A DNA stretch of 64,000 nucleotides. It comes from Octopus vulgaris. Lineage: Eukaryota. Positions 1-13,412 of the stretch are shown in pieces (positions within the stretch are counted from its first letter, which is position 1; every line of letters begins with the position of its first letter). Location of the stretch: positions 170,624,001 through 170,688,000 of the forward strand of contig OX597816.1 of the NCBI GenBank assembly GCA_951406725.2, written 5' to 3'. The notes under the pieces were generated by a model. It ran no database searches, had not been told where the DNA came from, and was given only the letters and a program-made list of their open reading frames with translations. The position numbers and the translations under genes were made by a program.

Positions 1-339
1 GACACTATATACTGATAAGGATATATGCGATTGAATGGGCACCAAAGGTAGTTGAATATTTATTCTAAATTTTTCAAAGAATTTTAAGTAATGAGTCAGA
101 CACATTGTGAATACATAAAATTATATTGTGAATTATACTTTTTCTCGTGATTAAAACACATACGTAGATAGGAAGATAGGCACATATTCGGTACATATCC
201 AAATGCATAGCAGAAAAAAATTGCAGATGCTTAGTGTTTTATGTATATATTAATATCCACAATTATCTATAGTCACTCTTATCAGTAGCTCCTCCAGTTT
301 TTCTGTCACCAATCACGTGCTCCACCTCTTCAACTCCAC

Positions 340-1545
340 ATCCTGGTTACTCCCATCTATTTCATGATGGATCTAAAATCCCTCTATAATATTATACCAC
401 ATCTCGTGCAATTCGCTGTTTTCAAGTATTTTCTGGAACGCCACACATGGGCTCAGTACTTGTCGCTACCTCTACCTTACTGAATTTGTTTTCATCCCTA
501 CCAGTTTCTGGTTGTTGAAAATTTCTGCTAGCAATATGTACTTCAAATTCCACCTTTTCTACTCTCCTCACACATGAGCTATATGGTCGTTATGTCGATG
601 CTTCAATTGGCATTATCTTCCTTAACTCTGAATTGATAATCTCCTTTATTGCCCTTCTTCACTCTTTCTCTACAACCTTAGCATAGGTCACTACTTTCTC
701 TGCTATTAACTTCCAAACCATCTTTGTTTCTATTAGCCTCTCTCCTTCCGTACTTTAAAGATCTATTCATTGCACTCCCAGTGAATCTATCTTCTACTTA
801 TGCTTCTTCCGCTTCCTCTGAAAGATGTTTTCGAGAATAAGTCGCACCAAGTTGTCCACCACTTCTTACAATGCCAGTGACCAGTGACGTTGCGCATTGT
901 GATGTTTTCATTTAAGATCGTACTTTCTGTATTTTGCCCTATAGCTGTTTCACTACAATCTTCTTTGGCGTTTGCCTTGTTCGACACGCTCAGCACATCT
1001 TATAACAAAGTATACGTCCACTCTAATCCAAAACTTATAGTCTCACATTTTTCTGAAACATATCTCTACTTCTTCAAATGCAATAGCACTGTAAATAATC
1101 TGTAAGCCTATAAGTCAGCTTCTCGTTATCACCCATAAAACACAAACTGAGTCGTTCGTATGCTCCCGTTTCCTTCATCAGAAACATCACTGCACAATAT
1201 GGATCTAGTTTGTAATTCAATTTGATTACGTTTTCACGCACCTCCAAAAATGCCATACACTGTACCACATGCCCGGCCAGGTCTGTAGCTTATTGCATCT
1301 AAGTAACAATGACCCGAAATTGGCTGATCGTTTTAGGGCAAATTAGTTACACGTTCGACGTGACAACGTCAAATCACTCAGGCTTGGCTCAACACTGGAA
1401 TTTTCTAGCAACTATAAGAAACATTTTACAGTTTTGGGGTTTGTATAAGAGCATCAACAACTGTTTGACAAAATTGTCGCGAACAAGTAATCATCTGCTA
1501 AAGTACAAATACCCAGTTTCGTCTCAATTTTACTTACTTTCCTGA
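340..1545 (+). pseudogene. Heavily decayed Penelope-like element, RT plus GIY-YIG endonuclease relic
   Basis: 361-399 reads FMMDLKSLYNIIP (PLE DVxSLYTNIP motif). 576-614 reads ELYGRYVDASIG (decayed RYVDD). Near 1240-1400: TSKNAIHCTTC...LADRFR...LAQHWN (GIY-YIG/CCHH remnants). Many stops and frameshifts. Confidence 0.65.
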
Positions 1546-2480
1546 ACACCACCACCACAATATGAACTCAGATAAGCACCCATGCATATACTTCCTACAC
1601 TCATGCATTTTTGCTAATCCATGTATACACATTGCCACACAATAATCACATGCTCAAAATCTTATGTCATGTCACGCTTTATTCGTATTACAGATTTACA
1701 CTAAAATATTCGTATACACAAGTGCATACATCCGAACATAGCATTTTCATTTACTGATTGAAATTAAAAGGAGAGAACATCTACAGTACCCCTTCTTTAT
1801 GACCACTTACAAATGAATTCTTCTCTTCCAGAAGAAGCCTAACTACATTTCAAATTATAAATACCAAATCTACTTGACATTTTCTTTTCATCAACAATGT
1901 TAATTAGCCAATGTTCCCATGATAAATTAATACTTAGAATTAAACGGATGATGTTAGTTTGTCTACTTAATTTAAAATGCTAATCAACTACAGAATATAT
2001 ATATTCCATTAGCATTCTTTTTAAAAATAAATATTTAAGTACATTTAATTCCCTTTAAGATTATATAAATGAAAAGCGAAGGGAAAATTCTGAAGTATCT
2101 GGCCTGTCGAGAGATGCAATACATCAAAGCACCATGTGTGTATGTGTGCGTGTGTGTGTGTTTGTGTGCGTGTCTGTATGTCTGTCTGTGTGAGTTTTCA
2201 TACATATACATCTATCCATCTAAAGTATATGCATTTCTACTCATATATATGTACATATATATATATATATTTAAGTAGATAAATGAATTATCTTATTACG
2301 GATAATTCGAAAGAAAACCGATACCCGGGTAGCAAACTCACAACAGAAAGAACACGGTTGAAGTTACGACCATAGGGCATATACTCCGTGCCTTAGTGCG
2401 GAAATTTGAAGTTTAATTTAATATAATAAGTATAGGAAAGAATGGAGCTGAGCGAAGATTTAACAAAATTCCTTTATTTT

Positions 2481-2566
2481 ATTTTCGACATATGTTTCGA
2501 AGTCTGCAAAATTCCTAATTCCGAATGAATAAGGAGTCCATTATTCAGCTTTCTCTTCAGGAAAAT
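2481..2566 (-). ncRNA. Type-I hammerhead ribozyme motif (mirror copy of 3197-3282)
   Basis: Minus strand: ATTTTC CTGAAGA G...C GAA ACATATGT C GAAAAT. Confidence 0.75.
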
Positions 2567-3196
2567 CCAGGATCTTCTTTCGCCAACAAAATGCACAACA
2601 AGTTTTTAGATGACTGCTCACGAGGAGCCCATAGCGATAATGATAAATAATGTCTATTTATAGGGGGTGACGTCAGATTGGTTGAATGTAGGAGAAACTG
2701 GCAGTTAATAGAGTTCGAGGGTTCAATCGAGGTTGGAGAAGGAAGGTAAAGGAATATTAAGGTGAGGGAATGCATTCTGTTTGACAGGTGTTTATATTTG
2801 ATTTATTTTATGAATGAGTGCTCGTATGTATAAGTGTGTATAATTGCCTTAATGTGTGTGTGTGTGTGTGTGTGTGTGTGTCTGTGAATGCGTGATTGTG
2901 TGTGTAGAAGGCTGTAAGAAAAATAACAGTCAGGAGGCGAAAGGACTGTGTCTGTGTGTTCGAATGTGTCAACTTAAGAGGGAGTGGGCAGAGAGAGAGC
3001 CCACAATAGTAGTGACAAGAGACGAGGGGACTACTGGAATTGGTAGCAGCTCTTAGCAATTATGAGAAAATCTTATAAACTAAAGGGATAAGATATCACA
3101 AATTAATTTTGTAGGAAATCCAGGGGTTATCTAAAAACTTGTTGTGCAGTCATCTAAAAACTTGTTGTGCATTTTGTTGGCGAAAGAAGATCCTGG

Positions 3197-3282
3197 ATTT
3201 TCCTGAAGAGAAAGCTGCATAATTGACTCCTTACTCATTCGAAATTAGGAATTTTGCAGACTTCGAAACATATGTCGAAAAT
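3197..3282 (+). ncRNA. Type-I hammerhead ribozyme motif with long stem II
   Basis: Stem I ATTTTC/GAAAAT, core CTGAAGA (3203-3209), stem II AAG-CTGCA...TGCAG-A-CTT, GAA, palindromic ACATATGT, GUC site at 3276. Confidence 0.8.
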
Positions 3283-3549
3283 AAAATAAAGGAATTTTGT
3301 TAAATCTTCGCTGAGCCCCATTCTTTCCTATACTTATATATATATATATATATTAAATTAGAGATAAAACCACTATTTGGCAAATCAAAGTGAAAATCAT
3401 AAGCCAATACATAGAAATAAAATTAATTAAAAAAAATATAAAATATAAAATATAAAAAATATAAAATTCCAAATTAAAATATTTAAATTAAAGTTAAAAT
3501 TTTAAAAATTATTTAAATAATTTAAACTTATAAATTTTAAATATATATA

Positions 3550-4561
3550 TCTATATATATAAAACTGTAGTTGTGTGAGTGTCTGTCCCCTTCGATTTAG
3601 ATTCCTAACTACTCCCACATTTTGCGGTGCAGTTTAACCAAATTCGGGTATCTTATAGTCGTGATTCCTATCGAGCCCGTCTGAGTATTAGCGCGTCTCT
3701 ACGATGAGTCTACGATTTTAAAAATAATTTAACATCACTTTTTATTCCATTTTAATGCATATTTTTTCGTGTGTCGATGGCGGCGGAGTTGGCGTCCATG
3801 CTCACACCTGCACTTGTGTTGCTTCTCCCCCTTCTTCCCTCCCTCGTGAAGCTGTGGGGAAGGGAGTGTAAGGAAATCAATGTCGTAATGCGTTGTCAAG
3901 GAGACCAGCGTTCTTTTAGAACAACGACTTCATGGCTTGAAGTCGCCAAAACAGAAATCGCTAAAAAAGCTGAAACAGATCCACAAAAACGGCAATTACT
4001 GCCACACAGGGCAGGTTTCCTGTGCAAACAATTTGCACAACCGAATGTTTTAGTTGTTGCACAAATCTATATATATAAAAGTAAGGTTGTGTGTCTGTCT
4101 CCTACGATTTAGATTCCTAACTACTCCCACATTTTGCGGTGCAGTGTAACCAAAACCGGGTATCTTATAGTCGTGATTCATATCGAGCCCTTCTGGGGAT
4201 TAGTGCGCGTCTACGATGAGTCTACGCTTTAAAAAAATATTACCATCATTTTTTATTCCATTTGAATGCATTTTTCGCTATTATATAAGGGAAGTAACTC
4301 TCTAAAAATGTCTACGATGAGTCAACGATTAAAAAAAAAATTACCATAATTTTTTATTCCATTTTAATGCATTTTTCGCTATTATATAAGGGAAGTAACT
4401 CTCTAAAAATGTCTACGATGAGTCAACGATTTAAAAAAATTTACCATCATTTTTTTTCCATTTTTAATGCATTTTTTGCTATTTTTTGGCTATAACTCTC
4501 TAAAGATGCTTATATAGTTATTTCCCTTACAAACCCGAGCAACGCCGGGCGATACTGCTAG
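3550..4561 (+). mobile_element. Composite non-autonomous Helitron (5' ends at 3550 and 4066, one 3' end)
   Basis: A|TC start (TCTATATATATAAAA). Subterminal hairpin CCCGAGCAACGCCGGG and CTAG|T end. Three ~100-bp internal tandem units at ~4211-4505. Relatives at 44744 and 56872. Confidence 0.85.
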
Positions 4562-4940
4562 TACTCTATAAATTGAGAAAGTGACCAACCTGCGACCGAT
4601 GTGGGTGACTTTCTCGTAATATACAGAAGCCAAGTGAAATAGCGATACAGAAGCCAAGGCTAGGTAAGTAGAGATTTCTTTCAGCAATAACAAAACCAAC
4701 TCGAAAGAACATGTTGCTTGCCGGAGTAAACGGAACGATCCAAAATATTAGAGACAGCGAAATTTTCCTGCAAATATAAATAATATTAATAAAATGTTAT
4801 TAACATAACCCACAAAAGAAAAATTAGAGATACTTTCTAAATAGTTGATTTGATATAAATAATAGTGCAAAAGAGAAAACTCTAGACTAGTATAGCTCTT
4901 GGTTTAGTTTTCTATCCCACACACTCACATGCATTTCTAT

Positions 4941-5348
4941 CAGGAGTGGCTGTGTGGTAAGTAGCTTGTTTACCAACCACATGGTTCTGGGTTCAGTCCC
5001 ACTGCGTGGCATCTTGGGCAAGTGTCTTCTACTATAGCCTCGGGTCGACCAAAGCCTTGTGAGTGGATTTGGTAGATGGAAACTGAAAGAAGCCCGTCGT
5101 ATATATGTATATATACACATGCGTGTGTGTGTTGGTGTGTCTGTGTCTGTCCACCTAACATTGCTTGACAACCGATGCTGGTGTGTTTATGTCCCCGTTA
5201 CTTAGCTGTTCGGCAAAAGAGACCGATAGAATAAGTACTGGGCTTACAAAAGAATAAGTCCCGGGGTCGAGTTGCTCGATTAAAGGTGGTGCTCCAGCAT
5301 GGCCGCAGTCAAATGACTGAAACAAGTAAAAGAGTAAAGAGTAAAGAG
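4941..5348 (+). mobile_element. ~410-bp tRNA-headed SINE (tentatively octopus OK-like family)
   Basis: A-box TGGCTGTGTGG, B-box GGTTCAGTCCC, internal (TA)n(TG)n, (AAAGAGT)n tail. About 14 copies in the window. Confidence 0.85.
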
Positions 5349-5526
5349 AGATATCAATTGTATTATGTATTTATTCACTTCATTGTCAGTTGTTTGCCGA
5401 CCACTACGTTGCACGAGATGATAGAGCACGATATAAATAACAGTACCAGCTTAACACATACACACTCTCGTTTATTTGCGCGCATATACGCGTGTAAGAA
5501 TCACACACGCAATCACACACGCGATA

Positions 5527-5565
<39 letters not shown>

Positions 5566-5568
<3 letters not shown>

Positions 5569-5820
5569 GGGAGATCAAAGAGGAAAAGGATCCCATCAAC
5601 TTTAAACGGAGTCTGGATAGATTCCTTCAAAGAATACCAGATAAGCCACCTATAACTGGATACAACTCACCCAACAAGAACTCACTACTTGAACAAAACT
5701 TGACTTAAACAAAACTTGACTTAAACAGGATTCGAATAATCCCATCAGGTGGTGCTATTAAGTTAGACATGACCTGGACCAATCTTTGGTCGAAACATAT
5801 CTAAGTTTATCTAAGTTTAT
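5566..5820 (+). mobile_element. 5'-truncated CR1/L2-group LINE 3' end
   Basis: Peptide FKRSLDRFLQRIPDKPPITGY...NSLLEQ resembles the C-terminus of invertebrate CR1/L2-group ORF2. It is followed by a 3' hairpin and an (ATCTAAGTTT)2 tail, embedded in (TA)n. Confidence 0.65.
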
Positions 5821-5901
5821 ATATATATATATAACAATTCTTTTGCGTTATAAGATAAAAACCAAGGCTGTGTAGATATTAGAGCATTTATTGTTAGAAG
5901 G

Positions 5902-5951
5902 TCTAACAGCTGTTTCCATGATATTTATTAATTATATCCCTTCATCGGAGA
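5902..5951 (-). ncRNA. Hammerhead motif, U4C variant, in a pLTR-like remnant
   Basis: Minus strand: TCT CCGATGA AG GGATAT...ATATCATG GAA ACAGCTGT T AGA, then AATAAA. Stem I is only 3 bp. Confidence 0.55.
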
Positions 5952-6089
5952 TGGTGTGGGAGGATGGTTAAGTCATAGTTAGTTTAGATGTGATACAAAA
6001 CGGAAAGTGAGGTAGAGGAAAGCACTTATTCAGCATTATCTGACACCTTCGGATCTCAATGGCACCATTATCTCTTATAACCTCAACTG

Positions 6090-6090
6090 C

Positions 6091-6134
<44 letters not shown>

Positions 6135-6210
6135 GTATGTATATAAATATATATATATAAATCTACATATAACATACACACATACATACATAGAGACACA
6201 GAAACACACA

Positions 6211-6281
<71 letters not shown>
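6090..6281. repeat. Compound (TA)/(TG)/(CA) microsatellite
   Basis: Direct reading. Confidence 0.95.
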
Positions 6282-6282
<1 letters not shown>

Positions 6283-6806
6283 ACGTATTAAAATAAAGAA
6301 TATCACCGAAATTATGTTTTTTTTTTCCGTTTTTTAAGTTCTTGAAACTGAAGCACAATTATGCATCAAATATAAATAAAACAGTTTCAAAATTTCTTAA
6401 CTACAAGTTACACATATTTACATTGAAATAAAAAGAAACCTTATATTTAAAATGCCGTAAGTATTTTATTTAAAATTCACATTAAAATTTCTCTTGTTAA
6501 GCTTCGTTGTTTTACCAAAATACTTCGAAATCATGCATAATTTTATAAATACAAGAATTATCTCTTGAGTAAAGCAATTTTTTGTGGATGTTTTCAAACA
6601 ATGGAAAAAGAATAAGTTAAATTCTATGCATATTCTATATTAAAATTTCTATGCTGTGTCGTTCAATATGTAAGTAACTTTTCCTTCATCAAAAAGCTAA
6701 GTGATAGCTCGTTACAATATAAGTAACAATGTTAGTTTTGGACTACTTTTTTGCGTAGTATAAAACTAGATATATGAAAGCTGAAATACTGATTTTTTAA
6801 TCTTAA

Positions 6807-6848
6807 ATCATCTTCATCATCATCATCATCATTATCATCATCACTATC

Positions 6849-6879
<31 letters not shown>

Positions 6880-6995
6880 TCATCGTCATCATCATCATCA
6901 TCATCGTCATCGTCATCGTCATCGTCATCATCGTCATCGTCATTGTCATCATCATCACTATCACAATCATCATCCTTATCATCATCACCATACTT

Positions 6996-7047
<52 letters not shown>

Positions 7048-7049
7048 CC

Positions 7050-7081
<32 letters not shown>

Positions 7082-7187
7082 CACCATCGTCATCACCATC
7101 GTCATCATCATCGTCATCATCATCATCATCGTCATCGTCATCGTCATCATCGTCATCGTCATCGAAATCATCATCACTATCACCATC

Positions 7188-7218
<31 letters not shown>

Positions 7219-7307
7219 TCGTCATCGTCATCGTCATCATCATCGTCATCGTCATCATCATCACTATCACCATTACCATCCTTATCAACATCATCATCAT
7301 CATAATT

Positions 7308-7342
<35 letters not shown>

Positions 7343-7387
7343 TATCATCATCATCATCATCGTCATCATCATCACCATCATCATCAC

Positions 7388-7422
<35 letters not shown>

Positions 7423-7592
7423 CCATCGTCATCACCATCGTCATCATCATCGTCATCATCATCATCATCATCATCGTCATCGTCATCGTCGTCATCGTCA
7501 TCGTCATCGTCATCATCATCACTATCACCATCATCATCCTTATCATCATCATCATCCTTATCATCATCATCATCATCATCATTATAATCATC

Positions 7593-7650
<58 letters not shown>

Positions 7651-7790
7651 CCATCGTCATCACCATCGTCATCATCATCGTCATCATCATCATCATCATC
7701 ATCGTCATCGTCATCATCGTCATCGTCATCGGCATCATCATCACTATCACCATCATCATCCTTATCATCATCATCATCATCATCATAATT

Positions 7791-7826
<36 letters not shown>

Positions 7827-7974
7827 TTATCATCATCATCATCACTATCACCATCATCATCCTTATCATCATCATCATCCTTATCATCATCATCATCATC
7901 ATCATAATAATTTTCATCATCATCATCATCATCATTATCCTCATCATCATCATCATCGTCACCATCATCATCAC

Positions 7975-8007
<33 letters not shown>

Positions 8008-8012
8008 CCATC

Positions 8013-8090
<78 letters not shown>

Positions 8091-8105
8091 GTCATCATCA
8101 TCATC

Positions 8106-8176
<71 letters not shown>
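6807..8176. repeat. ~1.37-kb degenerate (CAT/ATG)n array with higher-order structure
   Basis: CAT units with CGT/CAC variants and a recurring CACTATCACCATCATCATCCTTAT-like motif. The poly-M/S/D ORFs are artefacts. Confidence 0.97.
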
Positions 8177-9040
8177 TTCTCTTTATCACAGGTTTTGTTG
8201 GAGCTCCTGTGGTCTTGTATTCGTAGAGGACTTACTACCTGCAGCCTATGCTACCATGCTATCCATTCTTTTCAGCTATCTAAAACTTACCTTATTATTC
8301 TGGCCGTGCCAAGGAGGCAAACCTTTTTTAACACTTCTACTGGGCACTCTAATCCAATGTCCTTTATATTCCCCTAGGTGCCTTCTGATACTCTTCTGAA
8401 GGATCCAACAATAACTGGCACTATCTTCACCTTCGTTTTCCATAGCCGGGTTATTTCTTACGTAAGAGGGTTCTACATATCTATCTTTTCGCCTTCCTTC
8501 TTGACTATTTGTGTGTCAAAGGGGCATGCATTATAAACTATATAGCATATGTGCTGCATCTTGTCCACTACCACTAGATGCGGTCTGTTATGCTCTAGCA
8601 CCTGATCTGCTTGGATTGGGAAATCCCGAAAGATGTTCCTAGGCTCCGACTCCACCACTCTCTGCGGTTTGTGCTCATACAACTTCTTGTCTCTCTCTAA
8701 CACCCACTTTTCGCGCACTTTTCAATGTAGCACTTTCGCTACCTCATCGTGTCGCCACAACTTGTAGTGATTTTGAGCAATTCAAGAGCATTCGTTCGTG
8801 ATATGGGTAATGGTTTCATCCATTCTATTGCAGATGCGGGACATCGAAGACCTTTGCTCATTCAGAAGGTTGACTCTCCAGTTCGTTGCGAAAGTTGGTC
8901 TTCTGCTGCCAATATAGTGTTCTTGCTCTCTCTTTTTAGCGTTCCTTTCATAATCCATTCCCACCTGTTTCTTCCAGCAACTTATGTTGTGGCTGCATGA
9001 AATGTTTTCTATAGTCTCTTCTTGCGTAACTCTTCTTCAT
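8177..9040 (-). mobile_element. R4/Dong-clade LINE 3' fragment (zinc knuckle, RLE endonuclease, 3' UTR)
   Basis: SRICNRMDETITHITNEC (CCHC remnant), HNRPHLVVVDK...CYIVYNACPFD...KKEGEK (RLE domain), terminal CLLGTARIIR. The 3' UTR runs straight into (GAT)n. Confidence 0.85.
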
Positions 9041-9074
9041 ATCTTATCATCATCATCATTATTATTATTATTAT

Positions 9075-9160
9075 TCTATGTTTGACTTTTGCTTTATGTT
9101 TGTACAAGTTGGCTCCAAGTCTCACCCAGAGACCTCAAGAGACAACAGTTTGGAAGTTCA
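9075..9160 (-). mobile_element. Short retroposon 3' end in (TAA)n, probably Dong-type
   Basis: ~85-bp unique segment between TTA arrays that ends in AATAATAAT on the minus strand. Confidence 0.45.
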
Positions 9161-9193
<33 letters not shown>

Positions 9194-9218
9194 GTCATTA
9201 TTATTATTATTATTATTA

Positions 9219-9307
<89 letters not shown>

Positions 9308-9323
9308 GTTGTTATTATTATTA

Positions 9324-9373
<50 letters not shown>

Positions 9374-9388
9374 TTATTATTGTTGTTA

Positions 9389-9446
<58 letters not shown>
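9161..9446. repeat. (TTA)n microsatellite
   Basis: Direct reading. Confidence 0.97.
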
Positions 9447-9477
9447 TTAAAGCAGCTAGCTGGCAGAATGTAAACAG

Positions 9478-9976
9478 GGCTTCTTATCTTAACTGATTGG
9501 AAGTGTTATCATGTACATTGTTTTATCTTGGTATAAAAGATGGGCTACTTCAATTAATTTGCTCAATATTGCAGATTTGCTTGTCAGTTGTTTGACCTTA
9601 ACCAGTTGAGCATGTCATTTGGTGGCTGACGATATGTGCATGTCTGATCAGCAGCAGAAGTAGTGGAGAAGCATCATAACCATGTGTTGAGAAGAATTCT
9701 TCGGGCTTTGAATAATTCACTTCTGGAAACTTTTAACATCCTTAATTAACCCTTCTTCGGGGGCCTTTTGAGCCGGATGGTCTATTCGACCTGAAGAAAA
9801 TTCTAACTGTCGCCACCTTAAAGGTCATGTACTGTTTATCTTGATATAAGATCACCATGGTTTTGATGTATGTGTCTTGTGTTCTCTTATCAGACTGCTA
9901 GGCCTGATGGGTATTCTGGGTTTCGTATATTTTACTCCAGTGTCACTTTGATGATATGCACTGCACTCCGACCGAG
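9478..9976 (+). mobile_element. ~500-bp non-coding (TAA)n-tailed element, copy A (diverged)
   Basis: Colinear with 10006-10555 and with the reverse complement of 51189-51673. Ends in (TAA)n. Confidence 0.85.
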
Positions 9977-10005
9977 TAATAATAATAATAATAATAATAA
10001 TAATG

Positions 10006-10555
10006 ATGCAGTACCAGGCAGTGGCTCTCATGGCTTCTGATCTTAACTGATTGGAAGTGTTATCATGTACGTTGTTATGTCTTGGTATAAAAGATGGGCT
10101 ACAGCAAATATTCTGCTCAATACCACAGATTTGCTTGTCAGTTGTTTGACCTTAAACAGTTGAGCATGTCCCTTGGTGGCTGACGATATGTGCATCTCTG
10201 ATCACGAGTAGAAGTAGTGGGGGAGCATCATAACCATGTGTTGAGAGGGATTCTTTGGGGTTTGAATAATTCACCTCTGGAAACATGGGTGTTTCGTTCA
10301 ACATCCTTAAATAACCCTTATTCAGGGACCTTTCGAGTGGGATGGGTTACTCAACCTGAAGAAAATTCTAACTGGACCCCACCTGCAAGGTCATGTGCTG
10401 TTTATCTTGATATGAGATCACCATGCCACGCACATATGGTTTTGATGCATGTGTCTTGTGTTCTCTTATCAGACGGGTAGTCATGATGGGTATTCTGGGT
10501 TTCGTATATTTTACTCCAGTGTCACTTTGATGGCATGCACTGCACTCCGACTCAG
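10006..10555 (+). mobile_element. ~550-bp non-coding (TAA)n-tailed element, copy B
   Basis: (TAA)n on both sides. Homologous to copies A and C. Confidence 0.85.
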
Positions 10556-10747
<192 letters not shown>

Positions 10748-11854
10748 CCAACTTTGGAATAACATCTGGGGTCAAGAAGTTTCCCACAACCACAGTGCTG
10801 GGTGGATTCATTCGTGAGATCCGAACCCCATCACCCGGAGGCTCTACGACAGGACCATGTGCGCATAACAATGGAAGATATAATTGGACAGGTATCAAAG
10901 CTGCCAAACTGGAAAGCGGCAGTACCAGACAGAATTCGAGGCTACTGGCTCAAGTGGTTTAGGTCAACACACAAGAGAATTGCGTTGCAATTAGACAATT
11001 GCCTATAGAGTGGTAGAGTTCCGGAGTGGATTCTAGAAGGAAAGACAACATTGTTGCTGAAAGATCGATCAAAAGGCAATGAGGTTGGTAATTACCGACC
11101 TATTTCTTGTCTTAACCTCTTACGAAAAGTGTTAACAGGCATCCTAGCAGGGAAAATATATACGTTCCTTGCGGAAAATATTCTACTTCCAGTTGAACAA
11201 AAAGGATGCTGAACAGGATCTAAGGGCACCAAGGACCACTTTGAGATAGACAAGGCTATAATGAAGAACTGCAAACGATACCAAAAAATACTTGTGCATG
11301 ACTTTGATAGACTTCAAAAAGACTTACGGCATATTGTCGCATTCGTAGATTTTGGAAACTCTCGACATGTGTGGAATAGCTGAGAACGTATGTGCACTGA
11401 TTAAGAACACCATACCTAGATGGAAAATACGTCTTTTCTGTAAGAACCAGCATTTAGACGAGGTAACAATAAAAAGAGGTATCTTCCAGGGAGACTCTTG
11501 TTCAGCTTTGTTATTTGTTATAGCCTTGATCCCACTTTCTGTTGTCTTGCGCACAGTCAACGCGCACTATGAGCTGAGAAAGAATGTGGAGCATAAAAGC
11601 AGAAATCATCCCAATAAAAATAGATGAATTAGGCATGATTATAAAGCATTCAGAGAAATACATAACCAACACACCAGCTCTTACGATCGTATATAACTTA
11701 CAGAAAATTGCACTACATGGTACCGCGTACATCTTACATAAAGCACTTTCAATGGAGTAAAACTAAGAGCACCACAACAAACCACAGCACATACCCAAGG
11801 CACACAGAGTTGCGTTCGGTAGTGCAGTGAATGCACATGATAAACATAAGACTG

Positions 11855-11857
<3 letters not shown>
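10748..11857 (+). mobile_element. R4/Dong-clade LINE relic: RT N-terminal half fused to the extreme C-terminus and 3' UTR
   Basis: NWKAAVPDRIRGYWLKWF, NYRPISCL, PVEQKGC and RGIFQGDSCSALLFVIALIPLS, then from ~11581 RMWSIKAEIIPI...LQKIALHGTAYILHKAL*. The 3' UTR runs into (AAT)n. Confidence 0.9.

Positions 11858-13412
<1,555 letters not shown>

Larger units (their letters stand above)
2275..3337 (-). mobile_element. PLE pseudo-LTR remnant with inverted partial copy (arms 2426-2617 and 3146-3337)
   Basis: Two ~192-bp near-identical inverted arms, each with a hammerhead motif followed by AATAAA. (TA)n lies on both sides. Confidence 0.75.

Noticed and set aside
5777-5805. ATGACCT-hairpin-GAAACATAT resembling a hammerhead
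   Set aside because: No valid core or stem I. It is better explained as the LINE 3' recognition stem-loop.
6803-8176. 457-aa poly-Met/Asp ORF
   Set aside because: It is a stop-free translation of the (ATG/GAT)n array attached to a LINE tail, with no unique sequence or splice context.
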